Notes: generated from the sequence alone by a model not told the origin. A stretch of DNA of 62,347 nucleotides, filler included, from 8 parts of 8 records of this genome joined end to end with filler, not necessarily neighbours in it; one strand, 5' to 3'; numbered from the whole stretch's first letter, positions 23,601 through 33,230 are shown. Numbers and translations are program-made.

Positions 23601-25616
23601 CTGGTTGAACAAGACGGCACTGGGGAGCGTCCTGGCTGGTTTCTGGAGGAGGTGACTGTCGGGCAGGATGGCTACGTGGGCATCGTTCGCGTAGCACTGG
23701 AGGCCGTGGATGGAGTGGAAAAAGTGGAGCTCGTGACTGAAGCAACTGAGAGTGATCAGGTCCCAGGCACTGCGAATATCTACATTACCGCAGCAATGAA
23801 GCCACAAGTTCTGATCGACGTTGTGCAAGAGATAGAAAATCAATACCGCTGCGGACTGTCGGCAACACCGAAAGGTCAGCAACCGGACAAGGAACAGCAG
23901 AAGAAGATTACAATCGTAATCGATGGGCTGACAGTTGCGAGCCGGGGCGATGCGAAATTCTTTTGCCGCAAGTGGCTGGACCCGACGAAGGATGACATGC
24001 AATCATCACGCTACCTAACTCCCTTCCGCCCACCAGTCGAGGCATCACTTCGGCTGTCACGGTCGAGCGAGTACATCAAGCTTAAAGAAGCCATTTCGAA
24101 AGTGGACGATATCATCTTCTGGATTGACCTGCTGCTAACAGTCCAAAGGAACAAGCTGGAGAAGGAGCTGGAGAAGGAGATCGCCGCAGACAATGCAATG
24201 GTACAGACTAGTGTCGTTCAGGATGAGGATACTGCTGCCGTGGAGGAGTCAGCGCCGGCTGCGCAGCCTGGGTCAGCTACAGATGTGGGGCCTGAGCCTG
24301 GATCAGCTCAGAAATCAGCCCAGCAACTCAGACAAGAGCAACACTTGAAAAATCAACGCCGAAGCCAAAGGAGAGCCGCGCTTACAAAGCTGAGGTCTGC
24401 TGCTCACACAGATATGCAGACGCTGGAAGCACTCAGTCGCGCTGCCAAATTAGTGCTGGATGGTCTCGACCCTGACTCCAAAGTAGCTAAGCCACAGGAT
24501 ATTAACAAGGATGACATCATCACATGGAGCGAAATTTTGGGTGCAGTGCATAGCGATCGACGCGGCCTGCGCAAGATGGTGCAGGACTGGGAGAACGGAA
24601 AGTGGGAGGAAATGGAGAGCGACGAGGGAGAAGGCAATGCCGAGGACGCTTCGGATTCGTACGGCCTTGAAGGATGGAAACCTTATCGTGAACGCATGGT
24701 CAAGGAGCTCTCAGAGCTGCGGGGTAGCCTGATTGACTCCCTGAACGCAAATGATCTCGTGCGATGGTTGATGAAGCTTGGCTTTCCAAAGGGCCACGAG
24801 CTGATCGAAGCGGTCCAGCACGCAGACTCAAAAGCAGAACCGACGTTGGAGGCTTTAAATGGCCAAACATTGCGCGAGGCGATGACCCAGGGTGGATTCG
24901 AGCAGGTGCTCAAGCGTATCCCTAAGAAGAAGAACAACGAGGACGCTAGCAGTGGTACTAGCTCAAACGATCAGTCAGCCAGTGCCACAGCCGACGCGCA
25001 GTTTCAGACGGCGTTGCGGAGACCGATTATCATCTCCCCGAGCAATGCATTCGACCACCTGCTAGCATGCAGCAGCTCCGCTGCGCTGCGGAAGAAAGGA
25101 CATGAGCTCAAGACAGAGTGGTTGGATCAGGTGGGCTGCTTGGACGGCACGGAAGTCACCGGTGTGGACGACGCTGACAGTACTGAGACAGAAGCAGACG
25201 GAGGAGAGGAACAGGAAGAGCAGACAACAGAGATTGAGGATATGAAAGCAGTACTTGAGGGTCTTGGACTCGGTGCTTTCTACGATCCTTTGCAGAACGC
25301 GACCCCTCCACACACATCGATTGGCTCGCTCCGCGCACTTGGTGTTCCGGAGATGGCCTCACTTGCGGACGAGTTAGGCATGGATGCGGGTCAGGTGTTG
25401 CGACTCTCGCGGCACTTGCGGCGTCCGGTTACAGTGAAGCCGTGCCAGTATTGCAAACAGGCGCGTAGGCACTCGAGCCACGGAAGCTGGCAAGAAGTGC
25501 TTGCGGGAACAGTGGACGTCGACCTGCCAGCCGGTAGTCAGCCAAAGTGGCTGGTTCGGTTTCAGAGAATCCGACACTGGTTTGATCGTGTACCTGTCGA
25601 CAACACGGAAGCCTGA
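20643..25616 (+). CDS. Large multidomain protein (5' partial): ankyrin repeats, Cys-rich segment, split PLAT domain with two HMA-like inserts, coiled coil, SAM-like C-terminus
   Basis: Frame is open from the contig start. Ankyrin: GSTAMHYAA, GQTPLFFA, GADPT..DDDGRTA. PLAT: YLIQVRTG..GTDAGIFVTLVG, FEEGQTSTF, PGWFLEEVTV, FFCRKWLD. SAM-like: VLEGLGLGAFYDPL..LRAL..LADELGM. Confidence 0.85.
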   Translation, partial: KCVFSGTDINTKDASGSTAMHYAAGAGQLEALCALIDNHGAIDEPNDKGQTPLFFASSTDTIRLLLKKGADPTCVDDDGRTAAEVLDLPVLPAVSRARKSASAGPNDFGRSSVPKLPSPRRRGSSMSVRSSMSGVAASTLSLRPPQPRAPPSHAGGSVARHSWAGDFMPDSLLSIDRRQIGSMELGAFIEQGYAAHRAAADADERARLRTLLCNHMEDAMYYAECRNFKMATEIEEKMNVEQPKGEPEKLYLCVYKKEEEEGQELTEDQVKEKFDPEIFTCFKEVKVISGKVPDDTDNERAKSKRDGIAFEVMLQAKSNSKEDVAILKREVQRAISDQTYVPIYASDADPSPPEPETADSGSGDTVFLGPGGGEVGADGTVAEVDEPPAKLWLTAHSAMNETYAKRFFKALNEFQSEMLRAIAERKMGDAVVPNPEALDRLDNVAEPLMDDPTENMAKDDIMNARTAGQFLEMCKEEYTGVIKKKHNEDGAKYKVAQALFGTFLDKCEKDAAEDPDNPLDDEEKVEALREMILAKIRINDPTEVKQVDGRPGTVECTMVDMDEVLRAKSGFKQLRVPAEDPMITDDEGKMVRAQRFTVTLSGEQDGTEEVAGPLFGLVISQLKPMVPEEIEEQIDASTSHVKQSKSRHTERDPDSIKDEVCEKCQKCDADDPAFKGHECVEGVCKELPRNEGEPIKFNCFTKKKCKDKFGKPRIRLGMLCEACSTCTDCTVRALWDMPGEGGDPTDESEKDQLLDPDENTKGGAFSYLIQVRTGAKLSSTGRGIAPGTDAGIFVTLVGHRDGEDKPVRTARLKLEDYVVSVRTALEKVTGVATAVVSAKKRGLTAPGTTVVYLDRSYIAGVKPSALMRAIITTKGDLSQSDPPVGEDEKKMIVAGAGKGRGLTSEILWGQQEMAKLKAGKVILDDLMDAAVTPPGPIRLKVDGLQVSQWLEAPTFSTPNGEGAFEEGQTSTFRIETDVDVGQVMTVLVEQDGTGERPGWFLEEVTVGQDGYVGIVRVALEAVDGVEKVELVTEATESDQVPGTANIYITAAMKPQVLIDVVQEIENQYRCGLSATPKGQQPDKEQQKKITIVIDGLTVASRGDAKFFCRKWLDPTKDDMQSSRYLTPFRPPVEASLRLSRSSEYIKLKEAISKVDDIIFWIDLLLTVQRNKLEKELEKEIAADNAMVQTSVVQDEDTAAVEESAPAAQPGSATDVGPEPGSAQKSAQQLRQEQHLKNQRRSQRRAALTKLRSAAHTDMQTLEALSRAAKLVLDGLDPDSKVAKPQDINKDDIITWSEILGAVHSDRRGLRKMVQDWENGKWEEMESDEGEGNAEDASDSYGLEGWKPYRERMVKELSELRGSLIDSLNANDLVRWLMKLGFPKGHELIEAVQHADSKAEPTLEALNGQTLREAMTQGGFEQVLKRIPKKKNNEDASSGTSSNDQSASATADAQFQTALRRPIIISPSNAFDHLLACSSSAALRKKGHELKTEWLDQVGCLDGTEVTGVDDADSTETEADGGEEQEEQTTEIEDMKAVLEGLGLGAFYDPLQNATPPHTSIGSLRALGVPEMASLADELGMDAGQVLRLSRHLRRPVTVKPCQYCKQARRHSSHGSWQEVLAGTVDVDLPAGSQPKWLVRFQRIRHWFDRVPVDNTEA

Positions 25617-25683
25617 TCTACCCGTCAGGTTGGTTGGCTGAACTTCTGGCGTAGATCAAGAAGGAACTGTTTATTCGCGTGTC

Positions 25684-26241
25684 CTACTCGCTTCTTGCCT
25701 CCGTTTCGTTTGCCTTTTCTAAGATATGCTCGGTAGCCTGCAACCCTTCCAGTAGGTCTCGATGCGCAGTCAACGTGATGGCGGTGTCATCGGCTGCGGC
25801 TGTGGTACCCTCAGTCGGAGACCTAGGTGGCGATCTCGCGGCTGCTTGGTATTTTTGTCGAACCAGCTCAAGCACACTAGTGCCATTCTCTGTGACTGTG
25901 CCATCCGCTCCGGCACTCAGCAGGACTTCCACGGCAGCGTCATGGCCTCGCATAGCGGCCAGGACAAGGCAGCGATCAATACCCACAAGGTTGGCGTCGC
26001 TTGCGACAGTGAAGTCAGCTCCAGCTTCGATCAGATCGCGGATATCATCTGGGTTGCCTCCCTCAGCGGCGGCGATTAGTCTCTCGGCGTCAACGGGCTC
26101 CACAGACTTTTCGTGCTTTGCTTCTACCTGTGCTGCAGCCGACCTGTAGGCTCGCTGACCACCGGATAGGCTGCGTGACCTGGTGTCGTATCCTCTTGTT
26201 CCGTAGGTGTAGGGCTCCGGCTCCGGCTCCGGCTCCGGCTC
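25684..26241 (-). CDS. Ankyrin-repeat protein (5' partial, begins in an EP repeat)
   Basis: Frame is open to the contig end, starting EPEPEPEPEP. LIAAAEGG..IRDLIEAGAD and LVLAAMRGH..AVEVLLSAGAD. Confidence 0.8.
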   Translation of the reverse strand, partial: EPEPEPEPEPYTYGTRGYDTRSRSLSGGQRAYRSAAAQVEAKHEKSVEPVDAERLIAAAEGGNPDDIRDLIEAGADFTVASDANLVGIDRCLVLAAMRGHDAAVEVLLSAGADGTVTENGTSVLELVRQKYQAAARSPPRSPTEGTTAAADDTAITLTAHRDLLEGLQATEHILEKANETEARSE

Positions 26242-26341
26242 NNNNNNNNNNNNNNNNNNNNNNNNNNNNNNNNNNNNNNNNNNNNTTAATTAATTAANNN
26301 NNNNNNNNNNNNNNNNNNNNNNNNNNNNNNNNNNNNNNNNN
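26242..26341. other. Artificial contig linker
   Basis: N44-TTAATTAATTAA-N44. Confidence 0.99.
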
Positions 26342-26359
26342 ATTATGAAAATCACGAGG

Positions 26360-26448
26360 GTACTCTAACGTTAGAGTACTCCAGGGAAAGGCCAATAGTA
26401 TTGAGCCTATCCGCACTCCAATACTAATTCGTATTGAGCCTACTAGTA
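26360..26448. repeat. 20-bp perfect palindrome plus a 12-bp direct repeat
   Basis: GTACTCTAACGTTAGAGTAC (26360-26379). GTATTGAGCCTA at 26398-26409 and 26431-26442. TACTAGTA at 26441-26448. Confidence 0.8.
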
Positions 26449-26624
26449 TGTAGCTCCCTTACGGGCACCTGGGCACTGCAGTCTGATCGACGCTTCTGGC
26501 GCATGCGCGTGCGTGCATGCGCAGGGATCGGAGCGCGTGACGCGATGTACGGCGGAGCCCGCCATCTCGCTCTCTCCCCGCTCTCTGTAGACAGAGAGAT
26601 CATCTAGGTAGCTAGGGATCCAGC

Positions 26625-27542
26625 ATGTCGAGCGCGGCCTTCAGTCCACAGGTCGTCACAACGCCAGCGTGCATTGAAGTGCTGCTTGCAGACGCACAAG
26701 GGTCGACCACCGAGGACAGCGGCTGGAACGGCAGCCAGGAGGTGAGCGGCTGCGACCAGCTCAAGCCGGACCGAGCGAAATGCCCGCTGATCACGATGAA
26801 AGGCGAGCCCGGGCATTTCGATGCGAGCGCAAGCGGCGCGTGGCAGAACAGGCCGATTGCTCTGGCAAAATTCGGTCAGATGAGCTTAGACTACAGTCCG
26901 GTCCTTACTGGGACGATTGTCTGCCCAGCCGATGGCCGCGCAGAGATTCACTGGAAGGAGATAACCCCAGGCTATTGGAAGAGTGCTACTGCTGCAACGG
27001 CAGCAGCCTGCCGGGAGTGCTTGGACGGGTCAACACGGTGGGGGCAGTCCTTTCTGACGGTATTGCTGCTCGTAGTTTTGTGTTACGTCGTCGGTGGTGT
27101 TGTCTACAACGTGAAACGAAGCGGCGCCAGGATCGGCATGGAGGCGCTGCCACATCGAGCATTCTGGCTGGAGGTCTTCTCACTAGTGAGGGATGGGGTG
27201 GCTTTCGCTAGAGCACCAAATCAGCGGAGCAATTACTCGACGATTAGCAAGACGCCATCAGTTGGCGAGGTCGCTGGCGGTGCGGCAAGCGCTGCCCGTG
27301 ATCCACCTGCAGTGCAAAAGAAGGAGAAGCGAGACAGCAGAGGCAAAAAGAGTAGCGGCAGTGGCACGCAGGAGGAGAGCAACGCACATAAGAACGAGAG
27401 GCCCAAGAAAAATAGACCAGCGCAGCGTGCACCTGCTTCGGCTTCGCTTGTGGATACGTCTGGTGAGCCGGCGGCAGGCGGGAGCGGTTCTGCCAGTACT
27501 CCGAGCGGTGGAGGCGGCCGCTGGGTACATGTTCCAATGTAG
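26625..27542 (+). CDS. Single-pass membrane protein with an ATG27/cation-dependent M6PR-like TM and juxtamembrane motif
   Basis: WGQSFLTVLLLVVLCYVVGGVVYN...MEALPHRAFWLEVFSLVRDGVAF, then a Lys/Ser/Gly-rich tail. No clear signal peptide; start uncertain. Confidence 0.6.
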   Translation: MSSAAFSPQVVTTPACIEVLLADAQGSTTEDSGWNGSQEVSGCDQLKPDRAKCPLITMKGEPGHFDASASGAWQNRPIALAKFGQMSLDYSPVLTGTIVCPADGRAEIHWKEITPGYWKSATAATAAACRECLDGSTRWGQSFLTVLLLVVLCYVVGGVVYNVKRSGARIGMEALPHRAFWLEVFSLVRDGVAFARAPNQRSNYSTISKTPSVGEVAGGAASAARDPPAVQKKEKRDSRGKKSSGSGTQEESNAHKNERPKKNRPAQRAPASASLVDTSGEPAAGGSGSASTPSGGGGRWVHVPM

Positions 27543-27761
27543 CGATGCAAAGATGGATCTGACAGACTTGAATACACTGCTGGCAAGATTCATTGGTTTA
27601 ATTGCACGTCCACACCGCAAGCAAGTGCTTGAGCATCGGTGCGGCAGCCTCTATCTCAAGCCGCTCTTCCACAGGGACGTAAGCGTAATATCATTTTGCA
27701 ATCTTTGATGATGTCTGATTGACATTATCGTTGTTCTCTTCGCACTGGCCGAATGCTCTGC

Positions 27762-29318
27762 TCATTGTGGTGGTATTCCGATTTCCCAGTGCACCTTCTG
27801 CACGGTTGCATTGTGTGTCTCCTGCGATCAAAGCAGTCGTGACCGGTTGTACATCAGTCATCGCACACATGTGAGCGGCGTGTCCTAGAGTGCGAGAAAC
27901 TCGCGCGTGTCGTACCGTAATCTTCGAGGTCGCACAAGTTGTGCCAGCGCCCTCATCTTCGCCCCAGCCGGGTAGCCACGGCCACTTTGCAGACGCCGGT
28001 TTGGTTACCAGCAGATTGTACTGCGGATGAAAGTTCAGCCACACAGAAAAACACTTAGTCTTTCTACCCGCTTCTACCCGCTGGCCGCTAGTACTCATGT
28101 TAAGAACAATATGCCCGAACAGATGCAACGCAGACCCAACAGGAAAATCATGCAGAGCAGACTGACGTCGGATCCGCTAGACGGGAAGTGTTCGACGTCA
28201 GGATCACCATAGAGCTCGAAACACGAATTGAGGCACATGTTGGTGAAGTTGTTTTGAGTCCAGGAGGTCGCAGGAACAGGCCAGTTGACACCAACACCCA
28301 TATCTAGGCAGCAAACGCAGCTAAATTCAAACATACGATGGTGGCACAGCACAGCAACACACAGCAAGGTTCGTCGCTGTAGGTGGAACGCGTTCTAGGG
28401 ATCAGGCAGTAGAGACGGAAGGAAACGACTGTATCATCAGCTTGGATGGCAGCCTGGAAGTTTTAGGTGGCTCACACGGCTTGTCAGCAACGACGGTGCT
28501 AGTGCGTGAGCTGTCGTTCATGGCACCCATCGTCAAGGTCCAGCCAAAGTCCCCGTTATTGCCAATCGGATGCTGTACAAACGATGTGTACAGCGTCTCG
28601 CCGACATACGCAGGGAACAGGGTGCCATATGCGGCGCCACTGCCGTTCACGTGCTCAAAAAAGTAGTGGGCACCAAACTTGTACGTGTCGTGGTGGCCGA
28701 AGTGTGGCTTGTAATCAGGTGGGCCACTGGTGCCATCCAGTGCGTTGCCGAGGATGAGTTGCGGCACGAATTGGTTCATCCGGCCGTTGCCGACATCGCC
28801 GAAGAAGATGTCGGTCCAGATGTAATAACAAATCCCGGAAAGATTCTTCGGGTATTCGGGTACTGTCTGCAAACGAAAGACAGAGAATTGCGCTTGAGAA
28901 TGCCAGCCACGCCTTTGCTATTCGTTCGGGGCATGCGGGGTGCCCGCTTGTTCTAGGAACGGTCCTGGGGACAGGTTCACAAGATTAGAAGATAGTCTCT
29001 AACGGAGCAACCTAGTAGCACACGGACCATCGTGGATGAGAAATGCGTGAAGCCGTCATGTGGGTTGCCGACCGGGTACGACGCATTTCCGCTCCCGTTG
29101 TGCCAGTCATGCCAGTGCGGGCCGTTCACTTGACCCAGGCACAGCCCACCGCGGCAGTCCTTCTCCAGCCCAGGCAGCGCCGTGCCGGGCGGGTGGTTTG
29201 CGCGCAGTCGGTGCTGGCGCGGCTCACCAATGCAGGTATGAGCAGACGCTGGGCGAGCGATGAGGAAGAGGCACAGACAGCTCAGCACCAGACAAACTTC
29301 ACAGGACAGCGACCACAT
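27762..29318 (-). CDS. Secreted uncharacterised protein, 5 exons
   Basis: Signal peptide MWSLSCEVCLVLSCLCLFLIARPASA. GT-AG introns 28867-29027, 28304-28475, 28021-28166 and 27822-27915 give one continuous frame ending ETHNATVQKVHWEIGIPPQ*. Confidence 0.75.
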
Positions 29319-29499
29319 TTCGGATCGAGTCCACGACCTCGCGAGCCCAATAAGCAGGGTGTCAGCGGTACTCCCTGAACGCAGATCGCAACTCCGTCGC
29401 TCGCGCGGCGTGCGTGCTGACGGATGCTTGCGCCCGGCGGTGTGGCGGTATGCTTCCGGCGCGATCCACCGGCGCGCGCGCGCGCGCCGGCGGCGCGCG

Positions 29500-29599
29500 N
29501 NNNNNNNNNNNNNNNNNNNNNNNNNNNNNNNNNNNNNNNNNNNTTAATTAATTAANNNNNNNNNNNNNNNNNNNNNNNNNNNNNNNNNNNNNNNNNNNN
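29500..29599. other. Artificial contig linker
   Basis: N44-TTAATTAATTAA-N44. Confidence 0.99.
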
Positions 29600-29783
29600 T
29601 GTGTCGTGTGCACGCTACGCGTTCTGTTGGCTTTACATGCCACCCTATCGCTAATCACTGAGTGCCACGTAGTTTCTAAGTTGTCCAACGAATACGGTAG
29701 CAGAAAGGAAAAAGTGGTTTCTGGAACACCTGCCGGTGAACCACTTGAAGAAAAAAAGAAAAATCCAAATGCAATCAATTCAA

Positions 29784-29842
29784 ATTCAAACTATCTCACG
29801 AAACATCATTCAAACTATCTCACGAAACACCACTCAACCTAC
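29784..29842. repeat. 24-bp tandem repeat (about 2.5 copies)
   Basis: ATTCAAACTATCTCACGAAACA(T/C)C x2 plus a degenerate partial copy. Confidence 0.85.
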
Positions 29843-30358
29843 TTCCATCCAAACTTCACAATCTCACCTAATCATCTTCCGGTTCAGGCCTAGGCTCTAC
29901 GAAAGAATTCGACAAATGTGCTGCACCCAGCAAACAAGTGCTCAACGATTGCGTAGAACTAGCAACCGGTTCGCGATGGGTAGAGACAGCACGTCTCCGA
30001 GCGGTGATACAACCTGGAAGAAACCTATCACAGTTTTACTGTGCTCCATCACCTCTGCTTCTAATGCTGCTTGAAAAATCTCAGTCGCCGTATCACGTGA
30101 CGACCAGGAGCACTGGTCTGGCAGTGATCTGCACTGTCGCAAAAGTCAGATTCTGGACTTCATCTCAAGGATGTCGTCCGATGAAGAAGAAGAGGGAGTC
30201 GCCAGTGCCACAAGCTAAAGACAACGAGGTCTTATAGGTTGGTGTTCCTAGCAAATACAATGGATTGCACGAATGAACATCTGTATTGAACATTGTTGCC
30301 GCAGTCAGATCGCTGACAGCGACAACCACGACCCATAATTATTTGTCACACTGCCACT

Positions 30359-33130
30359 TCATTTCTTGTCCTTCTTCTTGCTCGTTTTGTTGGCCTTGCC
30401 TGCCTCCTCATCGCCTTCACCGTCTGCGACAGGGTTATCGAATTCCTCTTCCTCCACTCGCGCGGCTTTGCCACTGTTGTGCATAGCAGCCCGATGCGCA
30501 GCGCGTTCGTCGGCCAACGCCTTTGCCCGGGAGACGCCTGCCAGCAACTCTTCCATTTGCTGTTTGTTTGCTTCTATTTGGCGGTTGATCATCCGCACGC
30601 GGTAGTCCTCCTCTCCATCACGGACATGCTTCCAGACACGGATCTCGATGAACGTGGCCAGGAAGACGTTGCTGGCAATCAGTGCCATGCTAATCATCTC
30701 AAGCGCGTCGGATATGCTGCGCGCATGCTGCGATGTCTCTGGCTTGGCTGGATCGTTCAGAACCTTGAATACCAGTCCAGCCTGGAAAATGAAGAGCGTC
30801 GAGAGCAGCGAGAGCAGCTCGCACCAGTCAATCAGCTCGTCCTCATAGGGCCTTGCCGCACAGTGTATCATCAGTGAGAAGACGACCACTGCAGACCCGA
30901 AGAACCAGGCTGTCTCCGTCATGCTGGCGAAGAACAGAAAGCTTGCCATGACGAGAATCTTCCGTAAGAGCAGTACCAGCTCCCAGTAGAAGTAAGCGTC
31001 CTCGAACTTGTCGCCGAGGAATTCGAAGAGATCTCTCTTAACAGTCAGCCCGAACGCAAAGGTGCCAAACATGCCCAGGTACACCGTCAGGCCTAGCGAG
31101 GACATTGCATAGAGTGTGCTGTACTTGTCGTTGTCGAGGTTGCACTCGATGACGGGTTCGGACCGGACGTATCTCGGCCCGCCCGGTGTCTCCTCTGGCG
31201 TGCAGTCCCAGGTCAAGAGGATGTTGCGCAGGAAGAAGATTGAGCCGAGCATGAACGCCGCGACCGTCGCAGTGAGTAGCTGTCGGGAGAGGTGCGCGAT
31301 AACATCACGTCCACCGTGCTTTGCCCTGAACTCTGAAGGCGTCATCCTCTTCGATAAGCCGTATTGCACTGCCACGTACACAGCAAGGAGTAGCGCCACT
31401 CCAACAGGCAGGAATAGTGTGATTTTGAGTTTTTGCATAACGCCGAACTCACCGGAGCACTCAGGCCTCGCGAGCTCTAGATTCACGTTCAGTATGTTCA
31501 AATTGCTCATCCATCTGCGCAGCGCCGGCGGCCAAGCTACGTCGAGATCCAACAGCAACGCCAGCGTTTGGAAAAAGGTGACGGCGATCATGATCGGGGC
31601 AAATACAGTGCTCATATGATCCACCTCCTTCATCAGGTGGTCCGCAGTCACCATGACGATCACGAGGAGCATAGAAGCTATCAGCGCAATTTTGGTAGGC
31701 GTAAACCAGGAACACTCGCAAGGTTCACAGAACTGGTCAAGCCGATAGTAGCCATTTGGTTCCGTGTCTGTAGCTGAGCATCCACCTTTCGTCGGGTCGT
31801 ACTTTTCACACTCGGAGCAGCGATTGCCTTCGTAACCTCGGGAACATCTGTCCTCGCCGGAAGCTCCACCACATTTGGCGTAGTTGCCGGTGTCTTCATC
31901 CCGTTCACAATCTACCAATCCCACATCATCTGGCAGACCCACACATGCTTCGAATGGCGTGCACTTGTGGTAATGCGCAGCGAGCTCGTCGTCGCCGATG
32001 CTGTTGTAATCGGGAATGATACCTGTGAAATCGTCCGGCCAGGCCACACGCACAAAATGACCAGCCGCAGCGTCTGGGAGGACCATGCCCAGATAATCAC
32101 ACTTTTGGACATCAGATCTGCATGGCTGGCAGCCCTCGTCGATGCTACGTCGAAACGTCTTCGCCGGGCACTCCAGGCACACGGCGCTGCCAGTGACGAA
32201 AGCCCAACTCCCCGCGGCGCAGTCCTGGCAATCTTCGACAGAGTCGGAGCCGGTGACGTTGTTGAACTTGCCGACGCCACAGTCCAGGCAATCAACAAAT
32301 CCTGCCGTCTCGTCTCGGTACTTGCCTGCGGGGCATTCGTAGCAACGCGTGGCATTGGTCTCAGCGAGAAGCCCGAAGCTGCCTCGTTCGGGTCCATCAG
32401 GCGCCTCTCGCACAGCGATTTCGTTGCTCCGACACTCGAAGCACGGTGTCCATGCATTCAAATCCGCATCTGCCGTGCCATGTGGGCAGCCTGTGCACTC
32501 TGCAGCCAGAGAACCCTCCTCAGCGAAGGTGCCGGGAGCGCACGCGACGCACTGGGTTTCTACTGACAGTGTTCCTCCAGGGCTGTAGCTCCCGTCATCA
32601 CATGGCGTGCACGGGGTTGTAATTTCGCAATCTCCGTCCTCGAAGCCTTGCAGACAGACTTGCAAACAACCGTTAGGGTCGACAGTGGTAGCCGTGGCTC
32701 CGCTGAGATTAGATGCGGTAGCGCCAGCAAGTGAGACGGCGCCACCGTTGAACACGGCTTCTAGCTGTGCTGGCGCAATTGAAGCTCCATCCGGCAATGA
32801 AGGAAGAACAATGAATGACACGACGACACTGCCTCCGCTGACGCTGCTGACTTGAACTCGCGTCGCAGCAACGCCAAGCAGCGCGGCCAAGTCAGCCTTG
32901 AAGAGTTCATCAAAAGTGGATCGAGCCGACGGACTGGCTATGGTTTCGATGTTCAAGTCGAGTGTGATCTCTGCCGACACGGCTGCTGCGCCCAGTACTT
33001 CAGTCACACATGGTGTTGATGGATCGTCGTCGTCGTCGAACGCATTAATATCTGAGCACACCACGGGATTGACGGAACCCTCGCCACAGTACTCGCCGGC
33101 GGCACAGTCTTGGCACTCCGTCGTACTGTC
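30359..33130 (-). CDS. Multipass membrane receptor-like protein (5' partial): SEA-like domain, GCC2/GCC3-type Cys repeats, multi-TM region, coiled-coil tail
   Basis: Frame is open to the contig end. FKADLAALLGV..RVQVSSVSGGSVVVSFIV. CxxCxxG repeats. CSRGYEGNRCSEC. TM block with TFFQTL..WP, YFYWELVLLLRK and ARPY motifs typical of protist multipass receptors. Confidence 0.85.
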   Translation of the reverse strand, partial: DSTTECQDCAAGEYCGEGSVNPVVCSDINAFDDDDDPSTPCVTEVLGAAAVSAEITLDLNIETIASPSARSTFDELFKADLAALLGVAATRVQVSSVSGGSVVVSFIVLPSLPDGASIAPAQLEAVFNGGAVSLAGATASNLSGATATTVDPNGCLQVCLQGFEDGDCEITTPCTPCDDGSYSPGGTLSVETQCVACAPGTFAEEGSLAAECTGCPHGTADADLNAWTPCFECRSNEIAVREAPDGPERGSFGLLAETNATRCYECPAGKYRDETAGFVDCLDCGVGKFNNVTGSDSVEDCQDCAAGSWAFVTGSAVCLECPAKTFRRSIDEGCQPCRSDVQKCDYLGMVLPDAAAGHFVRVAWPDDFTGIIPDYNSIGDDELAAHYHKCTPFEACVGLPDDVGLVDCERDEDTGNYAKCGGASGEDRCSRGYEGNRCSECEKYDPTKGGCSATDTEPNGYYRLDQFCEPCECSWFTPTKIALIASMLLVIVMVTADHLMKEVDHMSTVFAPIMIAVTFFQTLALLLDLDVAWPPALRRWMSNLNILNVNLELARPECSGEFGVMQKLKITLFLPVGVALLLAVYVAVQYGLSKRMTPSEFRAKHGGRDVIAHLSRQLLTATVAAFMLGSIFFLRNILLTWDCTPEETPGGPRYVRSEPVIECNLDNDKYSTLYAMSSLGLTVYLGMFGTFAFGLTVKRDLFEFLGDKFEDAYFYWELVLLLRKILVMASFLFFASMTETAWFFGSAVVVFSLMIHCAARPYEDELIDWCELLSLLSTLFIFQAGLVFKVLNDPAKPETSQHARSISDALEMISMALIASNVFLATFIEIRVWKHVRDGEEDYRVRMINRQIEANKQQMEELLAGVSRAKALADERAAHRAAMHNSGKAARVEEEEFDNPVADGEGDEEAGKANKTSKKKDKK

Positions 33131-33230
33131 NNNNNNNNNNNNNNNNNNNNNNNNNNNNNNNNNNNNNNNNNNNNTTAATTAATTAANNNNNNNNNNNNNN
33201 NNNNNNNNNNNNNNNNNNNNNNNNNNNNNN
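33131..33230. other. Artificial contig linker
   Basis: N44-TTAATTAATTAA-N44. Confidence 0.99.

Noticed and set aside
29884-30237. Possible terminal exon(s) of a plus-strand gene
   Set aside because: A plausible acceptor and an acidic peptide exist, but there is no recognisable domain or consistent model.
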